Part shown: piece by piece, positions 25,345 to 38,900 of the stretch
Position numbering within the stretch: position 1 is the first letter of the stretch
Layout: every line of letters starts with the position of its first letter
DNA from: Vicugna vicugna
Taxonomy: Eukaryota
Length of the DNA: 64,000 nucleotides
Direction of reading: 5' to 3'
NCBI GenBank assembly: GCA_013265495.1
Contig: MU058718.1
Location: 992,001 to 1,056,000 of the forward strand
Translations under genes and position numbers: made by a program
The notes under the pieces: model-generated
What the model was told of the DNA's origin: nothing
The model's database searches: none
The model's input: the letters and a program-made list of their open reading frames with translations, nothing else

Positions 25345-25865
25345 GAAACCCTCACACATGTGTAGAAAGAACCAAATATGTTATTGCAGCATTGTTTGAG
25401 TAATGAAAAACTGAAAACAATCTAACTGTCCATCAGTAGGAGAATGAATAAATTAGAATATAAGACCGAAAAACTGTATGAAAATAGCTACATCTATCAA
25501 TTAGCCTATCATTAATCACAGAGGGATAATGAGAAGTGAATTAAAGAAACAAAGATTTCAGCAGAAATTGTACACTATGATACAATTTATATAATGCTTA
25601 AAGGCATACAGTAATAGCATATATGCATATGGGCATATACAAATATGGTAAAAGAGTAAAACATTCCTGGGAAAGATCCACTGATCAGAGCAGAGAAAAA
25701 TGGAGATACCTCCTTAGGGAGGTATCACATTTTGTTAAAAAAAAAAATCCAAAGCAAATATGGAGAACTGTTAAGAGTTTTTTAGTTTGGGATATAGCTA
25801 TAAAGGTGTTTATAATGGTATTTATGTATGTTTAAAATAGTTTACAATAAAACATTCATTTAAAA
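25345..25865 (+). mobile_element. L1ME-like 3' fragment
   Basis: gttattgcagcattgttt...aaaaactgaaaacaatctaactgtccatcagtaggagaatgaataaatt. Confidence 0.7.
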
Positions 25866-26539
25866 AATACTCTCTTAATGAAACCTGACTTACAAACTTA
25901 CTGCCTTATTTTGCCCTATTCGGAAAGTTGAAAGTTGGGTGTTAACTCTGTATTTCTCTTTACTTTCCTGCCAGGACAAACGCAGTAGCAGGTGGATGTT
26001 TTAGGCTTACTAAGGAGAACTCAAATACATGGAAACACAAAATAGAATAAGCACTTGGTAATTTTTCAAAATATCACTCTGGTTATTCCTATTACATCAG
26101 TTTTCTTTTAATGCCGGAGCCAGCTGCTCTCACTGATTGTGGCTGCTTCTATTGTCTTCTGTACTTTTCTTACTCTTAAGTAGGCATATAAGTAGCAAAC
26201 ATCTCAGAAAGATAAAGACACATTTCAGCTTGGAACTGATGGGGAAAGTGAGTCCATATTTCTGTAACAGTAAGACTGAATTTTTTCATTCTTGAAGTTT
26301 TGGTACAGTATCAGCAGGAGAGCAACTCTGGTAAAGTTAACCAAAATGGGAGCTCCATGTAAATGCAGTGTAATGGTCCACAATTAATCTCTTCTTGGTA
26401 AGCAGGTCTTAGGTCTTACATAAGATAGGAGTCTCTAAATTTTGGGTGGATGTCTTGAAGCTCCTGTAGCCTCTAAGCCAGTGTCTGTGTCAAGGGATAG
26501 TGGCAGGGGAGGGAGATGGAGAGTGGCTGTGTACTTCTA

Positions 26540-27085
26540 GAGTTGCTTTTAGCCATGAGCATCAGAAAACCCTAGGTCAATGGACTTAAACAACATGGAG
26601 ATTTTATTGCTTCACATTATAAGAAGTCCAGAGATAGGGTAGTCTCTTGCGTGTGTTGCTTCAGAGGCTCAATGATGTTATCAATAACCCAGATTCCTTC
26701 ATCTCCATCATCAGCCAGCCTCTGGGTTGACTCCTGATAGCAAGATGGACTGCGGCAGTGCCAGGAGTCACATCCCCTCAGGTCACTGTTCATGGTCAAG
26801 GAGACTATTTGGCTTAGGAGTGAGGAAATGGTTTCCAGAATCCTCCAGCAGACTTTTCTTCACATCTTATTGGTCAGAGTTAGGTTGTATGCTTATTCCT
26901 AAAACATTCCTGAAGAGGCCCTTGGGGTTATCTTAGACCAGTTGGCTTCAGTCCTGGACCACGTTCCCCTAAGGAACATGGCTGTTTAGAGCATTAGTGG
27001 CTGACCTATCAAAATCAGGGTTCTGTCAGGGAGAAAGAAAGGAGGACTGGATGCTGTGTGGACAACCAGCAGTGTTAACTGCTGT
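26540..27085 (-). mobile_element. MLT1 LTR
   Basis: cagaaaaccc...ggacttaaacaa...tttattgcttcacattataagaagtccagag...caagatgg...cattggtcaga-like segment. Confidence 0.7.
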
Positions 27086-28329
27086 GCCTGGAGTGTGTGT
27101 AGGGGGTTATTAGTTTCACCATAATCTTCACTGACTCGCTCTCCAAGTACCCCCGGCCAATAATTGTAGTATCTAAGTAAACTCTGTGAGCTGCAAGATG
27201 GTCTTCAAGTTCCCAACCGCCCCTTAATCCAGATAGTCTCCTATAAGCCCTTTCTATACAGAGAGTCTGGGACCATCACTACTACCCCCTGCCTGGCAGA
27301 GGACTTCTTATGTTCAAGTGTTAAAAGTAAACAGCATTAGAAAAAGGAAAAGAGGTTCATTTATATAGATGCATCAGCATATTCATTGTAACACTTTCAA
27401 AAATTTTACCTTGTTTATATTTTGGGAACATCCAAGTTTTTCCTCAGGGTATATTCACTTGCCCAATTTGAGATTTTAGGAATATTTTCAAGAATGTTCC
27501 AGAAAGCATTTCCATTTTGGCAGCAGCCACCTCTTCTTCTTTCTTTCTGTGAGTCAGATGAGAGACTTGTCACATTCCAAATTACTCATTTGCTTTGTGA
27601 ATCTGCTTGTTGTTGTGGTGACCAGAAAACTTGTTGGCTGAGAGAGTAAAGTTTTGTTTTGGGGGGAGGGGGTAGGTAGAGGGAGGGGAAAGGAAGTGGC
27701 TTTAAGAAAAAGAGTGGAAATCCATTGACTATTTTGAGTCTTCTACAAAAGGGACGGAGGAGATGAGTAGTCTATTTTGGCTCCTAGAGAACATTTCCCA
27801 GGACTTTGCAATGAAAATATGTTCACCAGTTGTCTCTCCTTGGTCAGTCATATACGCTTTTCCTGTTTCTTTCTCCAAACACACATCCAGATTAAGATCC
27901 AAGATCTGTGATCTTTTTCACTGGATGTGGTGAGTCTCTCCTGCTGTAGGGAAATCTATTCTGAGGCGGAGAGAGCCCAATGCGCTTGTTACGGGGTTTT
28001 CCTCTGACAGGGGAAGCCACTCTAACAAAAATTACATAAGCCATCTTCCCAAGTCAGGAATTAGGAGGGATGTTTTAGGTACTTGTTTGAAGGAGAGAGC
28101 AGAAGCAAGATTTTTTTTTTCCCTCTGGTTTCATCAGGGATTCTTATAAAATATAATTTAATTGAAAAAAGAAAAAAACGACTTGGATTCTTTCCTCCTA
28201 ATTGTCATTCTTTACCCTTAACTGAATTAAGGCTAACAAAACAAAATTCTAGCTCTTGCATTCTTACTCCAGCCAAAGGACTCCAGCATTCCCCCACTGC
28301 TTCTCTGGACCTAATGAGAAGTGTGAGTT

Positions 28330-28510
28330 AATAGATGAGGGCTGGACTTCTACAGATCTCTTCCAGTTCTGCCTTTGCCACTTTGTAGCAGTGTAATTTT
28401 TCTGAATTCAGCCTCTTCGTTTGTAAAATGGAGGAGGTAATAATACCCATCTCACTGGGTGCTTGTGAGTTGCAAGCACACAGTGTTTATGGCATGAAGT
28501 GTGTTTGACC
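28330..28510 (+). mobile_element. MIR SINE
   Basis: tctgcctttgccactttgtagcagtgtaat...tctgaattcagcctcttcgtttgtaaaatggagg...aataataccc. Confidence 0.65.
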
Positions 28511-28797
28511 AAAGTGGGCTATATACAGCCACCTCTGTGTTACAGCTATTGCTTGTTTCATTGGGGGGGTGGTCATCATAAAGCTAAAGTTTAACACAGA
28601 CTGTCTGCACTATATGTCCCAAGGGAGTAGAACATTAGATGCAAAACTTACCTTAATTTCAGTCTCAAGAAATCATATTCATGGACAGTCGTCTGAGAGA
28701 TATGGAATCTCTCCTTTCATTCAAATATTCTAAATTCTACACCTAGTTCAAGCTAGACCATTGATGAGTACTTAACCAAAATTAGTTATGTACTATT

Positions 28798-29242
28798 TTT
28801 ATTTGTAGTTTTAATTTAAGTATAGTTGACATGCAATATTATTAGTTTCAGGTGTACAATGTAGCAATTTGATATTTTTATAGATTATACTCCATACAAA
28901 GTTATTGTAAAATATTGACTATGTTCCACATGTTGTATGTTATTACATCCATGTGACTTATTTTATACTTAATAGTTGGTACCTCTTAATCCCTTGCACC
29001 TGTGTTACCTCTCCCCCATCCCCTCCCCTTTGGTACCAGTAGTTTGTTCTCTGTGTCTGTGAGTCTGTTTCTTTTTTGTTACATTTGTTTGTTTTATTTT
29101 TTAGATTCTACATAAAATTGAAAATATACAGTATTTGTCTTTTTTTGTCTGATTTATTACATTAAGTGTAATGCCTTCCAGGTCCATCCATATTGTCACA
29201 ATTGGCAACATTTCATTGTTTTTATGGCTGAGTAATACTCCA

Positions 29243-29275
<33 letters not shown>

Positions 29276-29371
29276 TGTGCATATCTGTACATCTATATCA
29301 CATCTTCTTTATCCATTCATCTGTTGAGGGACACTGTCTATTGTGAATAATGCCACTATGAACATTGGGGG
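28798..29371 (-). mobile_element. 5'-truncated L1 3' end with internal (TG)n and TSD
   Basis: ORF 29101-29292(-) contains IVTIWMDLEGITLNVINQTKKDKYCIFS, the L1 ORF2 terminus. TSD tagttatgtactatt (28783-28797) / tagttatatactatt (29372-29386). Confidence 0.9.
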
Positions 29372-31019
29372 TAGTTATATACTATTCTGAGTAGATCAAA
29401 AAAGAGCAGAAGGGGCTTTGTCTGAGGCAGGCAGGTAAATGGTAGAGGAGTCTAGTGCAGAAATGAGGGGACTGATGATATATCTACTTCTCAGTGTTTG
29501 AGCATCTGTTATAAGGAAAGATGTGTGTTTATCTGAGAAAGAGAGTCTGATGTGAGACTCTGTCTTCTTTCTACAAAAGAAAACAGACCTATAGGAGACA
29601 GTCACCTATTCCAAAAAGGAGGAAAGAGAGGGTATGAAAGAGACCTTAGTGGCATGACTACATTGAGCCAATTACCAAGCAGCATTCACCCAGAACAAGA
29701 ATTACACTGATAAATAAATAGATAATTTTATATCCTCACTGTTTATCTCACATGGTACCTGATACCTAATGCACACTCAATAATAACTTTCCACAAGTGG
29801 TGGAATAACACAAGAATTCCTGCTATAGGATCACTAACATTTAAAATGTAAAGTTTTGAGAAGAGACTGCTTTATTTTTATCTGTCTTAGCTTTTAGCTT
29901 GGTTAATCTTTTGCCTAAAATCGAGCATAGAACTTTGAGTTCTACCATTTACACTAGAGGCCAGTAGAATAACAATTTTGTCATTGCCGTGACATTGGTC
30001 TCAGCTATCTCTGATCACATTGGATCAAGAACTGAATATTAACAAAAACAAAAGCAATTTCCTCTCTAAGGTGCAGCAGATCTAGACTGGCAGCTGTGTA
30101 TATATCACTAGGCGGAACATTGGGTTTGGAAGAAAGAACTCTGCTGAAATCTTAAGTTAATTGAATGAATTCAAACTCATTAAAAATGTTTTAGGTTCTG
30201 CAAAGCCAAAATGTCTTTTGCCTCAAGTGCTTTTTCCCTTGGCCTTTAAACTCTAGTGCTGTTTAGAAGAAACTTAATCTGCAGGTTTGTGATTCATTTA
30301 CACTTAACTCATCCCTGTGTGGTTTCTTAAGATCTAGTTGGTGTTCAGTCATCTTTGGAGCCAGTTTTTTCCCTGGGTGCTTGGAAGGTGAATTTTACCC
30401 AAACTAAATGAACTCAAACCCCCAAAGGTTCAGGATCAGCAAGAAACTCAGAATCCATAAAGTTCAGATAGGTTCCACACTTACCAAAAATGTGTCTTCC
30501 TCCTGTTCCTGTGGGTTTCATACGACCTTTCGCTTTGGACTTTGCAGAAGTTCTCATATGCGTGTGTCTGGATTGATATTTGGCTATGCATTCTTGCATA
30601 TCTCCCTTTCACAGCTGCTCCGCCCGCTCCAGAAATAGGAGATGCTTTCTCTCGAAAGGCTCGGACTCTACCATTACATTCTTTAATTCAGAATGAAAAT
30701 TTTCCCTTTCCATGCTTCATCTGCCAAGTGCAGAAATCCTTGATCCCAAACGTACTTTTCTTCTTTTTTAAATATGTTTAATTTCATTCTAAAATGAAAC
30801 CAACATTCAGCTCCCCCCACCACCCTTCCGAACATGCCCTTATACTTAGAAATTCTTATTTTCTTTCTCGGGATAGGAGTTTTTTTCCCCCACTAGGGTC
30901 TTCCTGAATTTTAAATGGTTAATCTGAATTGTATAGGTACTTATGTCTTGGATGGATTCTGTTCCTCCAGGGGTCTGACTGGCTGACTGACATCAGTCAC
31001 CATTGTTCCTTTTCCTTGT

Positions 31020-31515
31020 GGGCAAAGCTTTGATTTGGGGGCCCTCCCTTCTCTCTGTGACTTAAAAGTGAATCTTGATTGGTCTGAACCAGTCCTGTTG
31101 AGCCATTCTTCTTGCTAGTGTTTGGTTTAGAAAGTGACTAGACTCCAATCCTGGCCAAAGAGATGTGAGGGCTAGGTCTGCTGGGGGCTTCTGGGAAAGA
31201 ATTCCTCACTCTTCAAAGGGGACTTGCTGGGCAAACAGCCTCTCTTTCTTCTGTTGCTTCTTATTGTTGTGCTGAGATGTTGCTCTATCTAGGTGTGATG
31301 CTTGGAACTACACTAGCCATCCTGTGACCTGGGGAACTGCAGTTCTGAGGTCCAATCTGACACACACTGGCTTCAGAGGAGACGTTGTTGGGCCACTGAA
31401 TTAACCAGGCTGCCCTCTCTTGGGACATCTTGCTATGTGAGATAATAACATTTCCTTGTTGTTCAAATCACTTGGGGTTGGGTTCTGTTCCTTGGCCCCG
31501 AAGGCTTTCCAACAA
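31020..31515 (+). mobile_element. MLT1 LTR
   Basis: ttgattggtctgaacc...ctggccaaagagatgtgagg...gcttctgggaaaga...cttgctatgtgagataataacatttccttgttg. Confidence 0.7.
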
Positions 31516-32689
31516 TTCACTTACTTTCCTGAATGAAATCCAAGTCACTTTCGGTGGTGAAAGCACTGGTTGTTTCTTGGAATGCCAGCTGCTTTCCTAC
31601 CTTTACATGTTCTTTTTCCCCAGACTTAGCCACTTCTCTCCCCTCACGGCTTACCACAGCGGGGGTTGTTCTTTCGCTTCTCCTAACCCATCTATCTGAA
31701 ATTTCTTTTCTGCCCCCTGAGCCACTAAATCAGTTCCTCCCTTTAAATCTTATCCTGCAGCAGACCCTTTCTCGTCAGCGTTTGATTAGCTCCCTGTGAT
31801 AGCTCGCATGAAGGATGCTCTATAAAAGTGAATTATGCTGTACTATGTTATACTGCTCCGCCCTGGGGCCCAGTAGGAATCATGGGAAACAGATGAGCAC
31901 AGAGGTCAGAGGCACAGACTGCAGAGGAAGCCTGCGGAGGGACTGCAACACTGTGACCCTCTCGGGGACACATGTGAAAGCTCCAGTAGTCTCCAGACTC
32001 TCTAAGGTATAAGCTAGAAGTAAAACACTGGTTTATGTGACAGCCTGGGAGCCCCAGGGGTGAACTGAGGAGTTTCATCACTATAGATCATTGAATTTTA
32101 AAGAAGTGTGATATTCCAGAAGCTGAAATATTCTTTGAAAACAAAACATGCCATAAAAGCCCAAGAATGAGGTCTCTTCTGGATATTTGCCAGGGTGAGC
32201 CTTTGTTTCCAGTGACGCCAAGAGAGTCCCTGTGTATAATTTGGGGCAAGTTAAGGAGCCTTGATTCCTGTCCTGCAAACTAGATACAAATTTTCATTTG
32301 TCCTGCAGTGATTTACTTGATAGGACCCTTTACAGGGGCCGTGGAACACATCAGTAGCAGAAGGATGGCACATGGATTTGGGGAAAAGCATTTTCAGGCT
32401 CTGATATGACTTGTCCTTATATTTCTTTGTTCTGCATCTCTTCTTACTGCACCCCCATTTCCAACTAACTCAGCCTTCTGTATTTTTCTGACAATATTTG
32501 CATGTCCTATCTTTCCACATTTGCTCGCTTTGTCTCTTCTTCTGGAATGCTCACCTCTGGCGACCCCCTTTCAGATTCTCCTGGCGCTTTTGTAAGCTTC
32601 ATACCACATGCCATTTCCCTGATGTGAAACTTCCCTGGTTCTCTCAAGAGGGAGCTTTGGAGTCCTTTCTGGCCTTGCATGTGTCTCTC

Positions 32690-32815
32690 CTGGATTATCT
32701 GGGGATGGACCTCTTGAGTCTTAGTTTCCTCATATAAAGATTGGGGCTAACAATACTTCAGGACTATGGTGAGAATCTATGCCTGGCACATGTTAGGAGG
32801 TCAAAAATATTAGTA
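32690..32815 (+). mobile_element. MIR SINE fragment
   Basis: gagtcttagtttcctcatataaagattggggctaacaatac...gcctggcacatg. Confidence 0.6.
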
Positions 32816-33810
32816 TATTTTCTTTCTTTCTCTTCCTAACTGGAGGTGATTTTCCTTCTTTTTAACCTCCCCTGCAACTTATTTGAAACTGTGTTTGAAA
32901 TTATGTTTTTAAAGTTGTTTGTATAGAAGATGCTTGTCTCCATTTCGCAATCATTTGCACGCCCCCCCCCCTATATTTTGTTTATGAGAAGTGAGATTAA
33001 TGGTTGAGATAGTTGAGGGTGGAGATAGAAAGGCCAGAATTATCCTGGCATTTATTCTTCCTGGAGTCGTTCTATTTTATCTGTATCTGTTCCTTTAAGC
33101 CAGGGAGACCATTCAAGCCTATGGGGCCAGATCCAATCAGAGAATCTTTGGGGCACCTGATCTTGTACCCAGTAAACTCTCTGAACTCTGCTACCTTGAA
33201 TCATACCTTCCAGACTTTTCTTCCTTTACTCTCCTGGCTCCTTTTCCTGTTCCTGGCCTGCAGCCAGCCTCTTGATCTTGCGTTGTACTCAACTTTTCTG
33301 GTTTGATTGCCACATGATCTCTTGAACATGTTTTTATATTTCCACTCAGGCTCTGTGTCCTGCTCCCCTGGACCCTGATGTTCCTGCCTGATCTTGATTA
33401 AGCCTCTGGAACCTAACCGTGGCGCAAGCCTCCCTCCCAAGCTAATCCCAGGGACTAGAACATTTTTCTGGGGATAACTATAGGTACTTACAGGAATTCC
33501 CCCTTTTAAAGTTAATTTACAAATACTATAGAACCTTGCTCTAGACTGTGCCATAATGGGTGCCTCCTCCCTGCTCCATTTTTCAGAATGGACATTTTTG
33601 AAATGATAGTAGTAACTATTTCTTGTTTACCTCAACCTTTCACTGGGTGACCCTGAAGTGTGATTTTATTTTATAAGACTTAGGAAGCTGAGAAAGATTA
33701 AGATAAAAGGCTTTGCTAATTTTGTCACGAATGTTTTGTCATCTCAGACTCTTTTGAAGTCTCATCTTGATGGATTCATGTTGCTCCCTCCTTGCTCTGA
33801 TCAGTGGATT

Positions 33811-34171
33811 TTTATTTTATTTTATTTTTAATTGAAGTATAGTCAGTTTACAATGTTGTAGCAATTTCTGCTGTACAGCATAATGTTTCAGTCATACATA
33901 TACATGCATATAATAATTTTTATATTCTTTTTCATTATAGGTTACTACAAGATATTGAATATAGTTCTCTGTGCTATACAGAAGAAACTTGTTTATCTGT
34001 TTTATATATAGTAGTATCTGCAAATGTCGAACTCCCAATTTATCTCTTCATACCCCCGTTCCCCTCCGGTAACCATAAGTCTGTTTTCTATTTCTGTGAA
34101 TCTGTTTCTGTTTTGTAAATAAGTTCATTTGTGTCTTTTCTTTTTTTTTAAGATTCCACATATGAGTGATA
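33811..34171 (-). mobile_element. 5'-truncated artiodactyl-type L1 3' end with TSD
   Basis: (TTTTA)n tail, attgaagtatagtcagtttacaatgttg...agattccacatatgagtgata. TSD cagtggatt at 33802-33810 and 34172-34180. Confidence 0.9.
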
Positions 34172-35549
34172 CAGTGGATTCTTGATTGTTGGAAATTGGC
34201 CCTCTCTGTTCCAGGTTTAGACAAAGCTGGGTTTTGACCTTCCAGTTTTCCTTTTGGTAACATCCTTCAGGGCCAAGTAGGAGAGATGGTACACTGCTTA
34301 TCATGACCTTAGGTCTTTGAAGCTGTCCCCCACCTCCATGCCCTGAGGTTAATATCAACAATGAAAGCAGATTTGGGAACACAATTACTCAGAATGTTAT
34401 TTCAGCACAGATTCTAGGTGACTCTTGGGAGGCTAATTCTTCTAGTTTTATAGTCACAGGTCAATTGTCCCAAGTTTCTACAATTTAAAATCCTCTATGA
34501 TTGACTCTCAGTAATGCTTCCCTTTTAATTTTATCTGCTTAAAAATGCTAACATTTCAGGTAGTGACATTTGTTACGAGAATTATCTGAGGGCTGATCTT
34601 GTTAGTAGACTCATCTTCTCAATATGTTGCCTTGGTTTTCATCCTGCTCGGGTAGACTCAAAGCAAAATTACTCAAAAAGGGCAGTTTCAAATTCTGTCT
34701 AAACTTCTGATCTATTACTTTGCTGGAATTTCCATCAAAATATTATGCCAGCTCCCTTCCTAACAGGCCATGTACGAAGGCTTGCTTTCTGCTCAGTTGC
34801 TTTCTTGGCCACCTGCAGGTGTGGATGAAGTGTCAGAAACAGCCACCACTCAAAAGTTCCCTTGCCTTTGCTCCCACCTGTCAGTGCAGCATCTTTGGTT
34901 CCCAGCTTCCAGCCATGTTCTCCTAAGTATCCCTGGGAGTCCCGAGAGACAGCCTCACAGGTGCTCACAGTCAAAACCCATCCGTCCTGCCAGTGCCAGT
35001 GCCATGAGCTGCCAAGCACCAGACAGGTCCTGATGCTACACTGCTGGACACCATATCAGTCATGGGATGGGGTGGGGGACTTCCACCGCCTTGCCACCTC
35101 GCCACCTCACTGGGTTCTGCAGGCTCCTTGGACACCACTGCTGCCCGCACCCTCAGCACCACCTCTTGTGGACACCTGCTGAGCACCAGTATCTCCCACT
35201 TCAGTGAAGCTGGGAAGCCCTAGAGCTTCCCGAGCTGTGAGGTATTTGGTTTTAAACGAAGGAGGAATCTTCCTTTACACACTCTGCCAAAGTGGGTCCT
35301 GAGGGTGGAGGGAAGGTGCTGCTTACAGAATTTTGAAAAATAAATAGCTCTTTCAATATTTATTCATGACCCCTAAATCCAATGAGTGGCTTGACCAGAA
35401 GACAAAATCAAATGACAGACATTATACTGCATCCAGAATTGCTTCTGCCTTGACAAAGAAAGCTTTCTTTCTTGTTAAGTCTTTCCATGCCTGGCTTCTC
35501 ACTATCTCACACAAATAAGGTTCTTGTTTCATTCATCAGTTCTGCAGTG

Positions 35550-36050
35550 GGCTATGTCATTTTCAAGACATGGGAAGTCTGACTCAAAATTACTTAAAGG
35601 ATAAGAAAAACTTCTTGCTTCACATAGGAAGAAGCCCTGAAGTTAGGCATCTTTAGGATTAGTAAGGTCAAGGACCCAGGTTCTTTCCATCTTCTTGCTC
35701 TGCCACATTGAGTGGGTCAGCTCTGTTCTCAGACAGATTCCCTCATGACTGCAAGACTGCAAGATGGTTAGGATGCTTTTAGTTACCAGACCTAGAGGAG
35801 GAAGAGGCTGCTTCCTCCTAGATACCTTTTTTTTTTCAAGCAAGGAAATCTTTCCCAGACTCCCCTCTCCCCCCACCAGCACATGTCTCTCATCTCATTA
35901 GCTAGAACTGCAGCAAATGCTCACCGAAAAGATCAGTTCCCAGCAAGGGGAATGGGATTAGCACAACTAGTTTAATGAAGTACAAGTCTCTGTGTAGTTT
36001 GTGGATTGCCCAAAGCAAATGTGAGCTAAGTAACCAACAAAGTTTGCTAC
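35550..36050 (-). mobile_element. MLT1 LTR
   Basis: caaggacccaggttctttccatcttcttgctctgccacattgagtg...ctcatgactgcaaga...tctcattagctagaactg. Confidence 0.7.
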
Positions 36051-36859
36051 TCTTGGATGTGAGCAGATCTGACTAAATTCTATGCTTCAAACCAAAGCAA
36101 ACAAAATGAACAAAAAGAATGCTCAGTCTTTCCTGCGCTCGGTGGTTATAGCTAACTTATAAAGTACGGCCGGTGTCTTACTTTAGAAGAAACAGATCTT
36201 CAGGGCCTTGAAAAGAAAGCGTCCCACCTCCTGTGAGTCCCCTAAGGGTTTTAGCCCCAGGACAGGAAGCAAGGAACTCCGGAAGGTCCTGGGGGTGGTG
36301 GGTGGGGACCCGGAAGTACTCCTGGAGGCCTTGCTGAGTGAGGGCTGGGATTCCTGGGGAGGAAACAGAAGCCCGCGTGCAGGAGGAGAGGACATGCTAA
36401 GTGAACAGAGCATGAATGGGCTCTGGAGCCTGAGGTGGTTTTTAGTATTGATTTTTGGTTTATTTTCAGGAAGCACAGGGGATTCTTGTACTTGAAAGTG
36501 GCGTTTCTCATACTGAAAAACAACTTTCTAGGAAGTACTAAATACTTTTCAAGTTTTGACTCTCTCCTCACTGCCTGTGCACTTTCGCTCCAAGGAAAAG
36601 GCTCCCTTCTCCTTACCTGAAACTCTTTCTTCCAGTATTTGACCAGACTTGAGTTCTATTTTCTAGAAACTCACAGCAGAATTTTGAGAGGTGCCTGGTC
36701 TCTGAATATCCAGAATTTTGCAGTTTATCAAAAACAGGACATGCTTACATGATCAATAACTATACTGACTTGACCAGCTGGTACCCTGAGTCAGTTTTTT
36801 TCTAGTCTTCTAAGAGCTCAAGGTCAATGGTGACTATGTTATAGTCATGCTATGAGACG

Positions 36860-37055
36860 TAAAACAGTATGGGCTTTGATGTACAGCAAACAAACAAATG
36901 AGAAAATCAGACGCGAATCTTTGCTTTATTCTCACTGAGTGACATTTAGAATTAACTGATTCGGGGACTCAGGATTCCGCACCTGTAAAGTGAGTATTAT
37001 TAATATGTACTCCTCCCCTCGCCTTCGGCATGTCCTTAGTGCTCAGCGCGTGTTG
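36860..37055 (+). mobile_element. MIR SINE
   Basis: tgggctttga...ctcactgagtgac...ctcaggattccgcacctgtaaagtgag. Confidence 0.5.
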
Positions 37056-37309
37056 GCTCTCTTCCCTTCCCCACCAAATAAATGTTCCTGTGTCTGAACT
37101 TACAACAAGGGAAAGAACCCACTCAGTTTACTGAACACTTACAAAGAAATCCGTAAACCATAGATGTCATATATATATGAAAAAGAATATAGTTATGTAT
37201 CCACATATAATGTAAATGTTAACATGGATCTTTTATGATTTATTATATCCTGAGTTTTAAGTCGTGCAGTCAGAATTTTATAGGTGAAAGAGGCTTATTC
37301 CTGCCCAAG

Positions 37310-37980
37310 CAGTCAGTGTGGTCTTTCTGAAACTCTGATCCTCTCATTTCCCTGTTTTAACCCTTGAACGGATTCTCATTTTGTTCAATAAAAACGGGAA
37401 CCTATCTCTCTTGTTTACTGTGCTGGTAACCCCGGAACCCAGAAGAATGTCTGGTCCTTAGTAAGGCTGATATGTAATTTCCAAAGGAATGAATCCAGTC
37501 CAAACTCCCTTTGGCCATATGCAAGGCCCCTGACAGGGGTCCGGCCGCTGCCTCCCTTTCCACCTCCTCTGTGCCCACCGTCCAGCAGCCTTTTCACAAA
37601 ACAGCCCTACTGAGCTAGTTGTGGTTTCAGGAAGGGTGAAGGCAGCACCCCTCCAGGCTTAGCCCATGCCCTTCTATCTGCCTGGGATGCTGCTCCACCC
37701 TCCGCGAGCTTGTGCGCTCTTTGCCTTGCTAACCCCTGTTGATGCTTAATGCCTCTGCTTTAGATGTCACTCCCCTCTGCTGTGCACCCCCCCGTCCCCC
37801 AGAAGGAACTGGTAGCCCCTCCTGTGTGCCCCCATGGCATCCCCTCTTTACCTTTTCATAGCAGTTATCACACTGTTGCAATTATCTGTAGTCTTGTTTG
37901 TCCCACTGGTCTGTAAACATGAGGGCTACGACTGTGTATTGATAACCAATCCTGAGTATTTACTGAATAAATAAGTGAAT
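37310..37980 (+). mobile_element. L2 LINE fragment
   Basis: gtggtctttctgaaactctgatc...ccttctatctgcctgggatgc...catagcagttatcacactg...gtatttactgaataaataagtgaat. Confidence 0.7.
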
Positions 37981-38564
37981 ATTCTGGTTCAGCCCCTTTG
38001 TTTTCTTCTTGAGGAGACTGGGGCCAGACAGGTTAGTCGTGACCGGTCTGATGGCACCAGCACTTTGGCATCATAGAAGCTGGGCCCTGAGTGAAGTTTC
38101 TCTGCTGTCCAGTGCTTTGTTGGCTGGCTTTTTCTAATACTCAGCTAACATTGTTCTGGAAACCGTGGAATAATTGTAATTTAACATTTGAAAAATGTGA
38201 TTAGGAGTGCAAATAAATAATAATCATATAATTAATTCAAAGCTCAGGTACAAAGGATTTTTTTTTAAATCCTTTATTATTTTAAATTACCCGTATCATT
38301 GTTTTCCTCCATTCTCCTGGAGCTGCTGAAAGAATGTGACATAATACTGTGCTCGCTGTCGGCGGCAGGGTTTCTGTATAACAGCCAGGATGTAACTCCA
38401 TTCTGGCAAAATCTGATGTTATCGCTCAGGTTTTTGTTGCACTGAAGTTAGGACATCTTCTTCTGGGAGGATCCTAGTGGGAAAAACATCCAGATATCAA
38501 ATCCCTCTCTTCAGCAGTGCCAATGAGCAGGGCTCGCAGTTAAAACGAGAACAAATTAAACCTG

Positions 38565-38900
38565 AGATGGTAAAGAAGGGCAGAGGCTTTGGCAGCTAAC
38601 TTTTTTTTTAATTTGTGAGGCTCTCTTCATTGTGATATTTGCTTTTTGTTGTTGTTGTTAATGGAGGTACTGGGGATTGAACCCAGGGCCTCATGCATGC
38701 TAAGCATGCGCTCTACCACTGAGCTATACCCCTACCCCCTAGAGCAGAGGCTTTGAAACCCTGAAAACTCTGGTTGAATTCTAGTTTAACACTTTGCAAC
38801 CATGGGCATAATCTCTCTGAGCATTTGTTTCCTAGTCTGTAAAATGGGGCCAAGTGGGAAGGTAATTTAAGGCTGAGCCTGTGTCAAGAGCCCAATCTAG
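38565..38900 (+). mobile_element. MIR SINE split by the tRNA-derived SINE
   Basis: atggtaaagaagggcagaggctttg ... continues ggttgaattctag...ctctctgagcatttgtttcctagtctgtaaaatgggg. Confidence 0.6.
38592..38740 (-). mobile_element. tRNA-Ala(AGC)-derived SINE (camelid vic-1-like)
   Basis: 38733-38662 reads AGGGGTATAGCTCAGTGGTAGAGCGCATGCTTAGCATGCATGAGGCCCTGGGTTCAATCCCCAGTACCTCCA (A and B boxes, AGC anticodon). It is followed by an (AAC)n/A tail. 15-bp TSD ag(g/a)gcagaggctttg at 38577-38591 and 38741-38755. Confidence 0.9.

Noticed and set aside
38662..38733. Functional tRNA-Ala gene
   Set aside because: It has an A-rich tail and TSDs and sits inside a MIR, so it is best explained as a SINE.
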